Under the pieces are notes generated by a model that had not been told where the DNA came from, did not search any database, and saw nothing but the letters and a program-made list of their open reading frames with translations. The translations under genes were made by a program, and so were the position numbers. Below are positions 31,016 through 41,932 of a stretch of DNA of 64,000 nucleotides, piece by piece (position 1 is the first letter of the stretch; every line of letters begins with the position of its first letter). Source of the DNA: an uncultured Verrucomicrobiae bacterium (lineage in GTDB: Bacteria; Verrucomicrobiota; Verrucomicrobiia; Chthoniobacterales; Chthoniobacteraceae); NCBI GenBank assembly GCA_963769025.1, contig CAVYKI010000003.1, positions 384,001-448,000 on the forward strand, read 5' to 3'.

Positions 31016-31390
31016 GTGAAACGTCTCCTGCTCCCCTTCGTGCTCGCCCTCTCGCCCTTGTGCATTTTCGCGCAATCCACACCGCCGCCGGCCTCCGCTC
31101 TGCCGGCGAAGGTGACGACGACCTGGGAGTTCCGGCAGCTCCTGCTCGCGACGAAATGGTCCTGGCGGAACGTGAGCGCGAACATCCCGGATCGCGAATG
31201 CGTGTTCATGGACGACGGGACGTTCCGCCATCCGAATTTCGTGGCGCGATTCACCATCAAGGACGTCGGCCTGGTGGAGCTGGTGATGAAAGGCGGGAAG
31301 ACCGCGGTGATGAAGTTCGACAAGACGTTCACGACGTTCGAGGCGCTGGACTTTGGCGGCAAGCGGCGCATCACGGGCAAGCGTCTGTAG
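31016..31390 (+). CDS. Small secreted hypothetical protein
   Basis: Signal-peptide-like N-terminus; typical codon usage. Confidence 0.6.
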   Translation: MKRLLLPFVLALSPLCIFAQSTPPPASALPAKVTTTWEFRQLLLATKWSWRNVSANIPDRECVFMDDGTFRHPNFVARFTIKDVGLVELVMKGGKTAVMKFDKTFTTFEALDFGGKRRITGKRL

Positions 31391-31420
31391 ATGCGGCGGC
31401 TCGCGCGGGTGCCCGAGCGT

Positions 31421-32782
31421 TCACCGCGCGGCGCGGATGTCGAAGCACGCGAGCGTCCCGTGGTAGCGGAGGTAGAGGCGGCCCGCGTGGATGACGGGAT
31501 GCGCCCACGCGTCGCGTCGCGCGGCTTCGGCAAAGCGGAAACGGCCGTGCACGGTGAACGCCGTGTCGCCGGCTTCGAGCAGCGCCATCCAGCCGTCTTC
31601 GCAAAAGGCGTAGATTCGTCCGTCGGCGAAGAGCGGCGCGCCTTTGGCAAACTCGGAACTTTCGTAACGGACTTCGCCGGTCGCGGCGTCGAGCGCGGCC
31701 CATGCGGTGCGGCCACGGTAAAAACATCCGATGAGCTTGCCGCCGGCCGGCACGACGCAGCCCTGGAGGGTGTCGAGCTTTGTGCTCCAGCCGTCCGTCA
31801 CGCCGACCGGGCCGCCGGGAGTCGCGGGTGCTTGGAGTTGGAAAAAGCGGCCGCCCTTGCCGAGCGGTGCAGTCATGAAAATCCCGCCGCCGGTGAGCAC
31901 GGGCATCATCGAGAGGACGTGATAGGTGGTGGGGAAACGGCGCGTCCACTGGAGCGCGCCGGTGTCGGCATCGACGCAATAGAGATGGCGCACGGAGGCG
32001 CCGATGAGGAGCCGGCGTTCGCCGAAGCGGACGAGGATCGGGGAAACGTAGCCCGCGGTGTCGGGCGAGCCGTCGCCCTCCGTGTCCGGCAGCGGCGCGC
32101 TTTTCCAAAGCACCGCACCAGTGTCCCGGTCGAGCGCGACGACGAGGGCATCGCGACCGCCGGCGGTGACGAAGACGCTGCGTCCCTCCACGAGCACGTT
32201 TTCGCTGATGCCCCAGGTGATGTTTTTCCCGCCGAAGCGCGCGAGCACATCCACGGCCCACCGCTCGCTCCCGCTCGCCGCGTCGAAGCATGCGAGACGG
32301 CCATGGGCATTCATATGGAAAATGTGGCCCGCGGCGTACGTGACCGAGGCGCGCGCGCCGGGATGATCGTCCTTCCATGACGCGCCGTTTTTCGCCGTCC
32401 AGAGCGGGCGTCCGTCGAGGTCGAGCGCGAAGATGTGGAGCTCGTCGCCGACATCGCCGGTGAGGTAGATGCGGTCCTGCGCGATGATGGGCGATGAATA
32501 GCCGCGGCCGGGATTTTCCACGGACCACAGGCGCTTCGGCCCGCCCTCGGGCCAGGTCTGGAGCAGCCCGCGCTGGTCGCTCACGCCGTCTCGTCGAGGC
32601 CCGCGGAATTGCGGCCAACCCGGCTCCGGCGAGGCGATGAGTTGCGCGACTGAAGCAGGGGCCGCGGCGTTGGCCGGGGCATTCGCGCGACCGAGGCCGG
32701 GGAAAGACAGGGCGATGACGAGGAGCAATCGCGCGAGCGGAAGCGACGCGCGGAGCGGGATGGATGTGGATGGGGCAACCAT
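31421..32782 (-). CDS. PQQ-binding-like beta-propeller repeat protein
   Basis: WPQFRGPRRDG; WAHPVIHAGRLYLR. Confidence 0.85.
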   Translation of the reverse strand: MVAPSTSIPLRASLPLARLLLVIALSFPGLGRANAPANAAAPASVAQLIASPEPGWPQFRGPRRDGVSDQRGLLQTWPEGGPKRLWSVENPGRGYSSPIIAQDRIYLTGDVGDELHIFALDLDGRPLWTAKNGASWKDDHPGARASVTYAAGHIFHMNAHGRLACFDAASGSERWAVDVLARFGGKNITWGISENVLVEGRSVFVTAGGRDALVVALDRDTGAVLWKSAPLPDTEGDGSPDTAGYVSPILVRFGERRLLIGASVRHLYCVDADTGALQWTRRFPTTYHVLSMMPVLTGGGIFMTAPLGKGGRFFQLQAPATPGGPVGVTDGWSTKLDTLQGCVVPAGGKLIGCFYRGRTAWAALDAATGEVRYESSEFAKGAPLFADGRIYAFCEDGWMALLEAGDTAFTVHGRFRFAEAARRDAWAHPVIHAGRLYLRYHGTLACFDIRAAR

Positions 32783-32870
32783 GGCTCAGGAAGCTATGCC
32801 GAGGGGCGCATCGGTAAAGGAAGAGTGTTCGGCGATCGGGACGGTGCCGGGGCGGGAGTTGTCCTGTTTT

Positions 32871-32935
32871 GAACCGCGGCGGGCGCGGCGGCTTGACGAG
32901 GCCGTGCATGTTTTTCGCCGCGACCGCCGCGGTTC
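32871..32935. repeat. Intergenic palindromic element, same family as 4899-5005
   Basis: GAACCGCGGCGGGCGCGGCG … CGCCGCGACCGCCGCGGTTC (20-bp arms, 1 mismatch). Confidence 0.8.
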
Positions 32936-33083
32936 CATCCGCGGCCCCCGCTCAGATCGGAACCCGACCCGCCGGGTGTGCCGCCTTGATTCGGAGACAG
33001 CAACCCGCTTCCATCCACGCGTTCTGCCAGTTCATCGCGAGGGCGGTGTGCGGCGGGAATTCCCATCTCCAGCCGCGCCCATC

Positions 33084-33737
33084 ATGCCCGAACCTCAAAA
33101 TCCACAGCAGCCGCAGAACCCGCAGCCAAGAGGCAGGCAACAGCAGCCGCGAAGCGCTCAGGGAAGATCAAGGCCGCAGCCAGATGCAGCGCCGAAGCCT
33201 CCTCCCCAGCCGCAGCAGCGATCCCAAACGGAGCCGCAAAGGCCGCCGGGGCCGCGTCCGCAACGCGGGAATGCGCGGCAACAGCGACCGCAGCGGCAGC
33301 CGCAACAGAGGCCGCAACCGCAGCCTGCGCCGCAACATCCACCCCAAGTCGCCCCACGGCAAAACGCGCAGCCGAAGCCCGGCGTCCAGTCGCACACAAA
33401 GTCGAAGTTTCTCCTCATCTTCGAGCGGGACCAGGGCCGGTGCGTTTACTGCGGGCTGGATCTCAAGGCGGACTTTGACCGCTTTATGATGGCGACCGAG
33501 GACCATCTGTTCCCCGGCTCGCAGGGGAGCTACGCGAGGGAGTTGGACAACTTGGTCCTGAGCTGCCGGACGTGCAACAACCTCAAGGGAAACTTCGTGC
33601 CGGTGCCACCCATCGATCCCATCGCGCAGCGGCGGCAATACATCACGGCGATGCGCGCCTACATCATGAGCCGGCGCGCCGAACGCGTGAAGGAGTTCCT
33701 CAAGGTGACGCACCCCGGCATGCCGGACTATCAGTGA
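33084..33737 (+). CDS. HNH endonuclease with a Q/P/R-rich low-complexity N-terminus
   Basis: IFERDQGRCVYCG…TEDHLFP…NLVLSCRTCNNLKG. Confidence 0.8.
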   Translation: MPEPQNPQQPQNPQPRGRQQQPRSAQGRSRPQPDAAPKPPPQPQQRSQTEPQRPPGPRPQRGNARQQRPQRQPQQRPQPQPAPQHPPQVAPRQNAQPKPGVQSHTKSKFLLIFERDQGRCVYCGLDLKADFDRFMMATEDHLFPGSQGSYARELDNLVLSCRTCNNLKGNFVPVPPIDPIAQRRQYITAMRAYIMSRRAERVKEFLKVTHPGMPDYQ

Positions 33738-33758
33738 CCGCGGCTTTCGCCCGGGCGC

Positions 33759-35098
33759 TCAGCCGAGCCGGGCGTGCAGCTTTTCCCGGAGCAGTTCGCG
33801 GAGCGGCCCGTCGGGCAGGCGCTCGGTGACCTCATTCAGGAAGCCGAAGACGACGAGGCGCTGCGCCTCGCGCATCGGGATGCCCCGCGAGAGGAGATAG
33901 AAAAGCTCCTCGGTATCCACTTGGCCGCTCGTCGCGCCGTGCGTGCATCGGACATCGTCGGCCTCGATCTCGAGGCCGGGCGCGCTGTTGGCCTCGGCTT
34001 CGTCGGTGAGGAGAAGGTTGCGCACCTTCTGATACGCATCCGTCTTGTGCGCGCCGGGCTCCACGCGGATGAGGCCGGTGAAGATGGTGCGCGACGTGAT
34101 CGTTCAGCGAGTTCTTGTAGAGCAGATCGCTCGCGGTGTTCGGAGCCTCGTGGATCTGCAGCGTGCGCTGGTCGATGACCTGCGAGCCTTCCGCGGTGGA
34201 GATGCTGAGCATGTCGCTGCGTCCGCCGGGGCCGCGCAGGTGGCTGAGCGATTCGCTGCGCACCAGCCGGCCGCCGAGATTCAGCGAGAGCGCGAGCGCG
34301 CTGGCGTCGCGGGCGACGATGGTGTTGTTCAGGCGAAAGGCGAGCGTCTGCCGGCTCCAGTTCTGGACGGCGATGTAGGTGACGCTTCGCGCCGTTGCCG
34401 ACGACGATGTCATTCACCCCGCATGCGAGGCCGGGCTCTTCGCCGGCGGACTGGAAATGATCCACCATCGTCACCTTGCTCGTTCTCATCGGCGATGATG
34501 AGCGTGTGAGGAAAGACGCTCGCGCCGCCGCCCTGCAGCCAATGGAAGGACTCGATGGGCAGGGCGATTTCGACGCCCCGCGGGACGTAGAGGAAGGTGC
34601 CGTTGCGCACCTGCGACTCGTGCAGCGCGGCGAATTTCTGCGAGCCGAGCGATCGCATCCTCGCTCAGGAAATGTTTTTCGATCAGCTCGCGGTGCTCGG
34701 CGATGGCCTGCTCCAGCGGAAGCCACAGCACGCCCTTCGCGCGCAGGCTGTCGCCGTGGAGTTGCCGTTCGACGAGGCGGTCGTTTGCGAAGACCATCCG
34801 GCCCGAGGTCTCGGCGAGCCCCGTCGAGCGGGCGACGCAGCGCGGCGCACTCCGCATCGCTGAGCGTCGGCGCGCGCGCTGGAACGGCGAAAGGTCGAGC
34901 GCCTTCACGTCGGCAAAGCGCCACGTTCGTCCGTGCGCACTGGCATCGGCAGTTTTCTCGAATTGCTCCCACGCCGCCTGCTGGCGCTCGCGGAAGTAGT
35001 CGGGATGAGTGCTGAAATTCGGGCCGCGCTTCGGTGACGGAAGATTCGTCACTCACGGCGAGGTTTGCGGGTACAGGTAGGTCCACGGTTGCGTTCAT
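33759..35098 (-). CDS. sufD: Fe-S cluster assembly protein SufD (frameshifted)
   Basis: [48 protein letters not shown]. Confidence 0.9.
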
Positions 35099-35131
35099 GA
35101 AAATTTGCCAAGGGCGATGCTTGCGCAGGCG

Positions 35132-36570
35132 TCAGCCGACGCTGCCTTCCATTTCGAGATCGATGAGGCGCTTCAGTTCGACGCTGTATTCCATCGGGAA
35201 CTGGCGGACGAGGTCGTTGACGAAGCCGTTCACGGAGAGGCTCATCGCCTGCGCCTTCGGTGAGGCCGCGCTGCTGCATGTAGAAGATCTGCTCGGCGGA
35301 AATCTGCGAGACGCTCGCCTCGTGCTGCGTGGCGTTGCCGGTGCCACGCACGGTGATGGCGGGATACGTGTCGGTGCGGCGACGTGGAATTGATGAGCAG
35401 CGCGTCGCACTCGGTGTTGTTCTTGCAGCCCTTGAGGTGCTTCGGAATGTGGACGAGGCCGCGGTAGGTCGAGCGTCCCTTGCCGAGGCGAGATGATCTT
35501 GCTGAACGATGTTCGAGGTCGTCTCGTCGGCGGCGTGGATCATCTTCGCGCCGGTGTCCTGGTGCTGGCCGTCGCCGGCGAGCGCGATGGAGATGACTTC
35601 GCCGCGCGCCTTGCGGCCCTTCAGCACGACGCCGGGATACTTCATCGTGAGGCGCGAGCCGATGTTGCAATCGATCCACTTCACCTCCGCCTCCTCGTGC
35701 GCGATGGCGCGCTTGGTCACGAGGTTGAAGACGTTCGCGGACCAGTTCTGCACGGTGATGTACTGGAGCTTCGCGCCCTTCATCGCGACGAGTTCGACGA
35801 CCGCGGAGTGCAGCGTCGCCGTCTCGAATTTCGGCGCGGTGCAGCCTTCCATGTACATCACCTCGGCAGCCTTCGTCGGCGATGATGAGCGTGCGCTCGA
35901 ACTGGCCGAAGTTCTCCGCGTTGATGCGGAAATACGCCTGGAGCGGATGCTTCACCTTCACGCCCTTCGGCACGTAGATGAACGAGCCGCCGCTGAACAC
36001 CGCGCTGTTCAGCGCGCTGAATTTGTTGTCGCCGGTCGGGATGACCTTGCCGAACCACTTCCGGAAAATCTCCGGGTGCTCCTTCAGCCCCTCGGTGCTG
36101 CTGACGAAGATCGACGCCCTGCGTCGCCGAGCGCCTTCTTCATGTTCGAGTAGACCGCCTCGGAGTCGAACTGCGCCTCGACGCCGGCGAGGAACTTGCG
36201 CTCCTGCTCCGGGATGCCGAGCCGCTCGAAGGTGCGCTTCACATCGTCCGGCACATCGTCCCACGAGCGCTTCGGCTTCTGGCCGTTCGCGAGGTAGTAG
36301 CGGATTTTTTCGAAGATGATGTTGTTCGAGATCCTTCGAGGCCCAGTGCGTCGGCATGGGCTTGGAAAGGAATACGTCGAGCGCCTTGTGGCGAAACTCA
36401 CGGATCCAGTCCGGCTCGCTCTTCACGTCGGAGATGTAGTCAATCGTCGCGTGCGACAAGCCCGTGCCCGCGCCGAACGCGTGCTCCTCGGGATAGGCAA
36501 AGTCTCCGCGCGTGCGATCGATGTCGAGTTTCGCGGCCTGGTCGGTTGGTTCGAGTAGTTCTGTGCTCAT
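35132..36570 (-). CDS. sufB: Fe-S cluster assembly protein SufB (frameshifted)
   Basis: [58 protein letters not shown]. Confidence 0.95.
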
Positions 36571-36593
36571 GATGACCTCCTTTGTTTTTAAAA

Positions 36594-37362
36594 TCATGCG
36601 TTCGCGGATGCCGCGATCTCGTCCTTGATCCAGTCGTAGCCCTTCGCCTCAAGTTCGAGCGCGAGTTCCTTGCCGCCGGTGTGGACGATGCGTCCGCCCA
36701 CGAGCACATGCACGATGTCGGGCACGATGTAGTCGAGCAGCCGCTGGTAGTGGGTGATGACGAGAATGCCCGCATCCGCGCTGCGCATGGCGTTCACGCC
36801 GTTCGAGACGATCTTCAGCGCGTCGATGTCGAGGCCGCTGTCCGTCTCGTCGAGCACGGCGTACTTCGGCTTGAGCATGAGCATCTGGAGGATTTCGTTC
36901 CGCTTCTTCTCGCCGCCGGAGAAGCCTTCGTTCACCGAGCGCGCGGTGAATTTCCGGTCCATCTCCAGCATGTCCATCTTCTCGTAGAGCTGGTCGTAAT
37001 AGTCCGTCGCCTCGAGTTCCTCGCCTTCGGGCAGCCGCGCCTGCAGCGCCGCACGGAGGAAGTTCGCATTCGAGACGCCGGGGATTTCCATCGGATACTG
37101 GAACGCGAGGAAAAGACCCGCCCGCGAGCGCACATCGGGCTCCATGCCGAGCAGGTTCACGCCGTCGAGCAGCACTTCGCCCTCGGTCACTTCATAGTCG
37201 GGATGGCCGCCGAGCACCTTGCTCAGCGTGCTCTTTGCCGGAGCCGTTCGGGCCCATGATGGCGTGGACTTTCCCTTTCTCGACCGTGAGGTCCAGGCCG
37301 CGGAGGATTTCGATGCCGGTCGTAGCGACGCGGGCGTGCAGGTTTTTGATTTCGAGGCTCAT
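36594..37362 (-). CDS. sufC: Fe-S cluster assembly ATPase SufC (one frameshift near 37230)
   Basis: [33 protein letters not shown]. Confidence 0.95.
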
Positions 37363-37379
37363 GTTTGTAAAAATGTTCT

Positions 37380-37847
37380 TCAGTTGCGCTTCGGCGTTCT
37401 TGCCTTGGCGGATGCGGCCACCGTGCATTTCGGGCAGGTGCCGCGAAACGCGACTTCGTGCTCGGCGATGACGAGGCTCTCGGGAAACTCCCACACGTCC
37501 TCGGGACGCCTGCGGCTGCGCAGCGGGATGTCGGAAACGCCCCCACACGATTCGCAGAAAAAGTGCGCGTGCTCCTGGAGATTCGGGCAGTAGCGCGCAG
37601 GGCCGCGCTCGTCGGTCACGGTTTTCGCGAGCCCGCAGTCGGTCAGCGTTTCGAGGCAATTGTAAACCGTCGCGAGAGAGATTGAAGGGATGCGTTCGCG
37701 CACCCGCGTGAAAACCTCAACCGCCGTGGGATGGTCGCGTTTGCCAGTCAGAATATCGTACACGGCGCGCCGCTGATCCGTCATCCGCAGGCCGTGGCCG
37801 TGGATCTTTGCATCTGGCGAAATGGGCTGGGAGGTTGGCTTGTTCAT
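37380..37847 (-). CDS. Fur-family transcriptional regulator (PerR/Irr-like)
   Basis: [46 protein letters not shown]. Confidence 0.9.
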   Translation of the reverse strand: MNKPTSQPISPDAKIHGHGLRMTDQRRAVYDILTGKRDHPTAVEVFTRVRERIPSISLATVYNCLETLTDCGLAKTVTDERGPARYCPNLQEHAHFFCESCGGVSDIPLRSRRRPEDVWEFPESLVIAEHEVAFRGTCPKCTVAASAKARTPKRN

Positions 37848-37878
37848 CTCCTTCCAAAGGAGCATCCGCCCTTCTCCA

Positions 37879-37900
37879 TATCAAGAACAATTCTTATTTA
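37879..37900. promoter_or_regulatory. Putative Fur-family operator (AAGAA-N3-TTCTT palindrome)
   Basis: TATCAAGAACAATTCTTATTTA, an AT-rich palindrome ~35 bp upstream of the regulator/suf operon. Confidence 0.55.
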
Positions 37901-38006
37901 GGTTAGCCGCGGAGCGCGACGAACACCGCGTCACGGAATTGCGAACACCTGGGTTTATCGCTTTGCAGCGCTTGGATGTCCGGTATGCTTATACGTACTT
38001 TTTAAC

Positions 38007-39311
38007 ATGAAGAAACTCCTTGTTCTGCTGCTCCTGCTCGTCGCCAGCTTCTTCGCTCTGAAAAAATGGAGTCCCGATACACTGAAAAGGATCACGGGCG
38101 TCCTTTCCAATCCAGGCCGGGCAACCGAGGTCCAGGAGCCCCTGCCGGCGATTCCCCTGCCCGAGCCGGCACCGGCGCCGAAGGCAACGGATCCCGAGCC
38201 GATGCCCGCGCCCGCCGTCGCGCAGAATGTGGTGTCAGTGGACAGGTCCGCGCAGGTGGTCGTCCTGGGCTACCACCGCATGGAGGGTCCATCAGGCGGC
38301 GCGCTGAGCATCTCACCGGAACTGTTCGAGCAGCACATGCAGCGGCTGAAGGACAGCGGGATTCAGGTGATTTCGATGAAGGATTTCCTCGCATGGCGGC
38401 GCAATGAAAAGACCATCCCGCCGAAGAGCGCGATCATCACGATCGACGACGGTTACGCTTCGGCATTCGATGTCGCCCGGCCGATCCTGAAGAAATTCAA
38501 CTACCCGTGGACGTACTTCATTTACACCAAATACGTGGCAAGCGGCGGCAAGAGCATCACGTGGGAGCAGCTCGCAGAGCTGCGCGATGAAGGCGTGGAA
38601 ATCGGCTGCCACACCGCCTCCCACATCAATCTCCGCGAGACGCGCGGCAGGTCCCCGGAGGCTTACGACGCCTGGCTCCGCGACGAAATCATCGGCTCGA
38701 AACAGCTCATCGAGCAAAAGCTGGGCATCCGTTGCGCGGTGTTCGCCTACCCCGAGGGCCGCTACAACACCAAGGTGCTCGATGTCGTGAAGACCGGGGG
38801 CTACGACGCCGCGTTCACGACCTACGGCCAGCGCGTCACGCACGGCGCGCCTGCGGATAAGATCGGCCGCTACGCTTGGTACACCAAACGTCCGCAGGAC
38901 ATGGAAATGGCCCTCAATTTCAGCGGCCCGCTCAGCTCCTCGGAGGAGGAGGATCCCGGATCGACCGACCTCGCGGCGGCGATGCTCCTCACCCAGCCGG
39001 TGAATGGCGAAATCATCTCCGATCCCGAGCCGTTGCTGAAGGCGAACCTCAGCACCCTCGGCGCATTCGACGAGAGCAGCCTTGTGCTGCGCCTGAGCGG
39101 CATCGGGCGGATTCCGGCGAAATTCGATCGCGCCAACAAAATCATCGAGGCCAGGCCGCCGCAACCGCTCAAGCCCGGCGAATACACCGTCGTTGTCTCG
39201 GGAAGAAACGGCGCGAAACGAATCGAGACGCAGTGGTCATTCAAGATCGACCCGCACGGCGGACTCGCCGCGCCGCTCGATTCATTTTCGTCGAATCCGC
39301 TGCTCAAGTAA
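38007..39311 (+). CDS. Polysaccharide deacetylase (CE4) with N-terminal anchor and C-terminal Ig-like region
   Basis: VLGYH, ITIDDG, GCHTASH, FAYPEG. Confidence 0.85.
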   Translation: MKKLLVLLLLLVASFFALKKWSPDTLKRITGVLSNPGRATEVQEPLPAIPLPEPAPAPKATDPEPMPAPAVAQNVVSVDRSAQVVVLGYHRMEGPSGGALSISPELFEQHMQRLKDSGIQVISMKDFLAWRRNEKTIPPKSAIITIDDGYASAFDVARPILKKFNYPWTYFIYTKYVASGGKSITWEQLAELRDEGVEIGCHTASHINLRETRGRSPEAYDAWLRDEIIGSKQLIEQKLGIRCAVFAYPEGRYNTKVLDVVKTGGYDAAFTTYGQRVTHGAPADKIGRYAWYTKRPQDMEMALNFSGPLSSSEEEDPGSTDLAAAMLLTQPVNGEIISDPEPLLKANLSTLGAFDESSLVLRLSGIGRIPAKFDRANKIIEARPPQPLKPGEYTVVVSGRNGAKRIETQWSFKIDPHGGLAAPLDSFSSNPLLK

Positions 39312-39320
39312 CTCCGCGCG

Positions 39321-39968
39321 TCACGGCGCGAGACGCTCGATTTTCCACGCGCCGTCAGCGACCCGCGTGTAGCGCAGCCGGTCATGCAGCCTGCTCTGGC
39401 GGCCCTGCCAGAACTCCACCGTCGCCGGCCGAACCACATAACCGCCCCAGTGCTCCGGCGCCGGCGGATTGTCGCCGAAGCGCGCCTTCGCCTCCTCGAA
39501 CGCCTTCTCCAGCGCGGCGCGATCCGCGAGCACATCGCTCTGACGCGACGCCCAGGCACCGAGCCGGCTCGCGTGCGGGCGCTTCGGGAAATACGCCTCC
39601 GTCTCCTCGCGCGGCACCTTCTCCACGCGCCCCGTCACATTCACCTGCCGCTCCAGCGCGGCCCAGAGGAAGGTGAGCGCACACCGCGGTTCGTGCGCGA
39701 GATGCCGGCCCTTCGCACTCTCGTAGTTGGTGAAAAATGAAAAGCCGCGCGCGTCGCAACCCTTCAGCAACACCGTGCGCGACCACGGCTGGCCGCCGGC
39801 GTCCACGGTCGCGAGCGTCATCGCATTCGGCTCGAGCAATTGCTGCGCGGCTGCTTCCTCCAGCCATCGCTGAAACTGCCGGAGCGGATCGGGATCCAGC
39901 TCGTTTTCGAGGAGGCCTCGCAGCCCGTATTCCTGGCGGAGGTTTGCGATGTCAAAGTTGCTGGGCAT
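39321..39968 (-). CDS. pdxH: Pyridoxamine 5'-phosphate oxidase
   Basis: EPNAMTLAT, RTVLLK, FFTNYES, EFWQGRQSRLHDR. Confidence 0.95.
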   Translation of the reverse strand: MPSNFDIANLRQEYGLRGLLENELDPDPLRQFQRWLEEAAAQQLLEPNAMTLATVDAGGQPWSRTVLLKGCDARGFSFFTNYESAKGRHLAHEPRCALTFLWAALERQVNVTGRVEKVPREETEAYFPKRPHASRLGAWASRQSDVLADRAALEKAFEEAKARFGDNPPAPEHWGGYVVRPATVEFWQGRQSRLHDRLRYTRVADGAWKIERLAP

Positions 39969-40018
39969 CCACGGAGCTTCACCATTTGCGCGGCGCCGCG
40001 CAACACGCCGGTGCGTGC

Positions 40019-40624
40019 TCAGCGCGGCTTTGGCAGCGTGATGTGCGGCTCGCGCAGGTAGAGCGGTTCCAGATCGCCTTCGGCGCAAATGCCGCGCCCT
40101 CCCGCCGCCAGCCGCGCGAGCGTGAGGGCACGCGGACGCGAAACCACCGCCTGCGGCACCAACGCGAGCGGCTCCGCGGAAAGCACCGGCCAATCCGGCA
40201 ACGAGGCCAGGCGCGCGAGCAAGCCCGCCGCATCGACCAGCATCGGCCCATCGGTGCAGGTGCCACCTTCGACTTTCGTGAAGTAGAACGTATCCCGCCG
40301 CGCATCTCCGATCGCGAGGTGCCGCTCCGCGTCGCACTCCCACGCCGCGACGCTCGGGAGTCCGACCAGCTTCGCGCCCATCGCCATGCCGATGCCCATC
40401 GCCGTCGCGATCGCGATGCGCACACCCGCGTAGCTGCCGGGACCGAGGCCGACGGCGATCAAATCGAACCGTCCTGCAAGTTCGCCCGCGCGCTGCAACA
40501 GCGGGACGAGCGCACAGCCGTGGTTGCGGTCCGAAATGCACGACTCGTCGAGCAACAGGCGCCCGTCATCGAGCAGCGCGACGCTCCCGTGCGAAGTCGA
40601 GGTGTCTATCGCGAGCACTTTCAT
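40019..40624 (-). CDS. tsaB: tRNA t6A biosynthesis protein TsaB
   Basis: LAIDTST, GPGSYAGVRI, DARR, PLYLR. Confidence 0.9.
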   Translation of the reverse strand: MKVLAIDTSTSHGSVALLDDGRLLLDESCISDRNHGCALVPLLQRAGELAGRFDLIAVGLGPGSYAGVRIAIATAMGIGMAMGAKLVGLPSVAAWECDAERHLAIGDARRDTFYFTKVEGGTCTDGPMLVDAAGLLARLASLPDWPVLSAEPLALVPQAVVSRPRALTLARLAAGGRGICAEGDLEPLYLREPHITLPKPR

Positions 40625-41061
40625 GCGCGCGGCGCCTCCCCGCTCTCGTCGCTTTCGTCGATATGCCGCACGTCGCCTTCGCCCGCGCGCATCCGGAACC
40701 AGCGCGTGCCCGCGGGCAGCAGCGCGGGAAATTTTCCGGCCCACTCGATCACGACCACGCCGCCCTCGCCGAGATAATCGTCGAGCCCGATCCGCAGCGT
40801 CTCGTCCTCGCTTTCGAGCCGGTAAAAATCGAAATGGAACAGCGGCAGCCGCCCGCCCGCGTATTCGTGGACGAGCGTGAAGGTCGGGCTCGTCACGTCG
40901 CCAGCGCAGCCGAGGCCGGCGGCGATTCCTTTCACAAAATGCGTCTTGCCCGCGCCGAGTTCGCCATCGAGCGCCACGACATCGCCGGCGCGAAGGGTCT
41001 CACCGAGCGAACGGCCGTACGCGAAGGTCTCCGCCGGACTATGCGAAATGATCGAAGCCAC
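40621..41061 (-). CDS. tsaE: tRNA t6A biosynthesis ATPase TsaE
   Basis: GELGAGKT, VTSPTF, HFDFYRL, IEW. Confidence 0.95.
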   Translation of the reverse strand: MASIISHSPAETFAYGRSLGETLRAGDVVALDGELGAGKTHFVKGIAAGLGCAGDVTSPTFTLVHEYAGGRLPLFHFDFYRLESEDETLRIGLDDYLGEGGVVVIEWAGKFPALLPAGTRWFRMRAGEGDVRHIDESDESGEAPRA

Positions 41062-41932
41062 GGGTTGTTGGTTTTCGTTTTTTGCCCGTCGTCCCGCGCG
41101 TGAGCGAACCGATCCGGGTGAGCGGAAGTTTTGGAAATTTCGCGTGCCACTTCGCCTCGAGCCGCGCCGCGTCACTCGGCTGCACGGCGAAGAGCAGCTC
41201 GAAATCCTCCCCGTCGCCGAGCGCCTGCGCGACGGTACAGCCAGGATTGCGCGGGATCCGCTCCCCGGAAATTTCAAACCCGCACCCGCTCGCCTTCGCG
41301 AGCCGCGGAAGGTCGGCGGCGAGGCCGTCGCTGAGATCCATCATCGCGCGGATGCGGAACTGCTCCGTGAGCCAGCGCGCCTCGGCGAGCCGCGGGATGA
41401 AATCGAGATGCTTCGCCGCGAGCGAACCGCCAAGCTTGCCGGTCACGTACAGGATGTCCCCCGCCCTGCCGCCGCTGCGCGTCACGCACCGCGCGCGCTC
41501 GACCTCGCCGGTGAGCGCCACGCTGATGAACGCCGGCCCCGGCGAACGCGACGTCTCCCCGCCGACGATGCTCACGCCGAACCGCCGCGCCGCTTTTCTC
41601 AGCCCCGCGTAAAGTCCGCGCAGCCACGCCAGCTTCACGTCCCTCGCGACTGCGATTGTGATCATCGCGTGGCGTGGCAGTCCGCCCATCGCGGCGATGT
41701 CGCTCACCGCGCGGCACAGCGCCTTCCAGCCGACGCGCGCCGGTTTTTCCTTTGCAAGAAAGTGGACACCCTCGACCACGCAGTCCGCCTTCAGCAGTGA
41801 CCACACGCGATCGCGCGGGCCGCCGATGACGGCGCAATCATCCCCCGCGCCGCGCCGCACATCGCCGCCAAGCGGCAAACCACGCGTGATCGCCGCCACC
41901 ACGGCATCCTCGCCGAGCGCAGCGATTTTCAT
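41039..41932 (-). CDS. thiL: Thiamine-monophosphate kinase
   Basis: GDDCA, EGVHF, SDIAAMGG, DLSDGL, GEDFELLF. Confidence 0.95.
   Translation of the reverse strand: MKIAALGEDAVVAAITRGLPLGGDVRRGAGDDCAVIGGPRDRVWSLLKADCVVEGVHFLAKEKPARVGWKALCRAVSDIAAMGGLPRHAMITIAVARDVKLAWLRGLYAGLRKAARRFGVSIVGGETSRSPGPAFISVALTGEVERARCVTRSGGRAGDILYVTGKLGGSLAAKHLDFIPRLAEARWLTEQFRIRAMMDLSDGLAADLPRLAKASGCGFEISGERIPRNPGCTVAQALGDGEDFELLFAVQPSDAARLEAKWHAKFPKLPLTRIGSLTRGTTGKKRKPTTRGFDHFA

Noticed and set aside
32783..33737. IscB/HEARO or Cas9-like system
   Set aside because: No RuvC or PLMP motifs, no recognisable RNA, no array.
33759..37362. Pseudogenisation or programmed frameshifting of suf (also atpA, ribE, pgsA)
   Set aside because: These are conserved housekeeping genes with scattered single-base indels and no slippery-site pattern; sequencing error is more likely.
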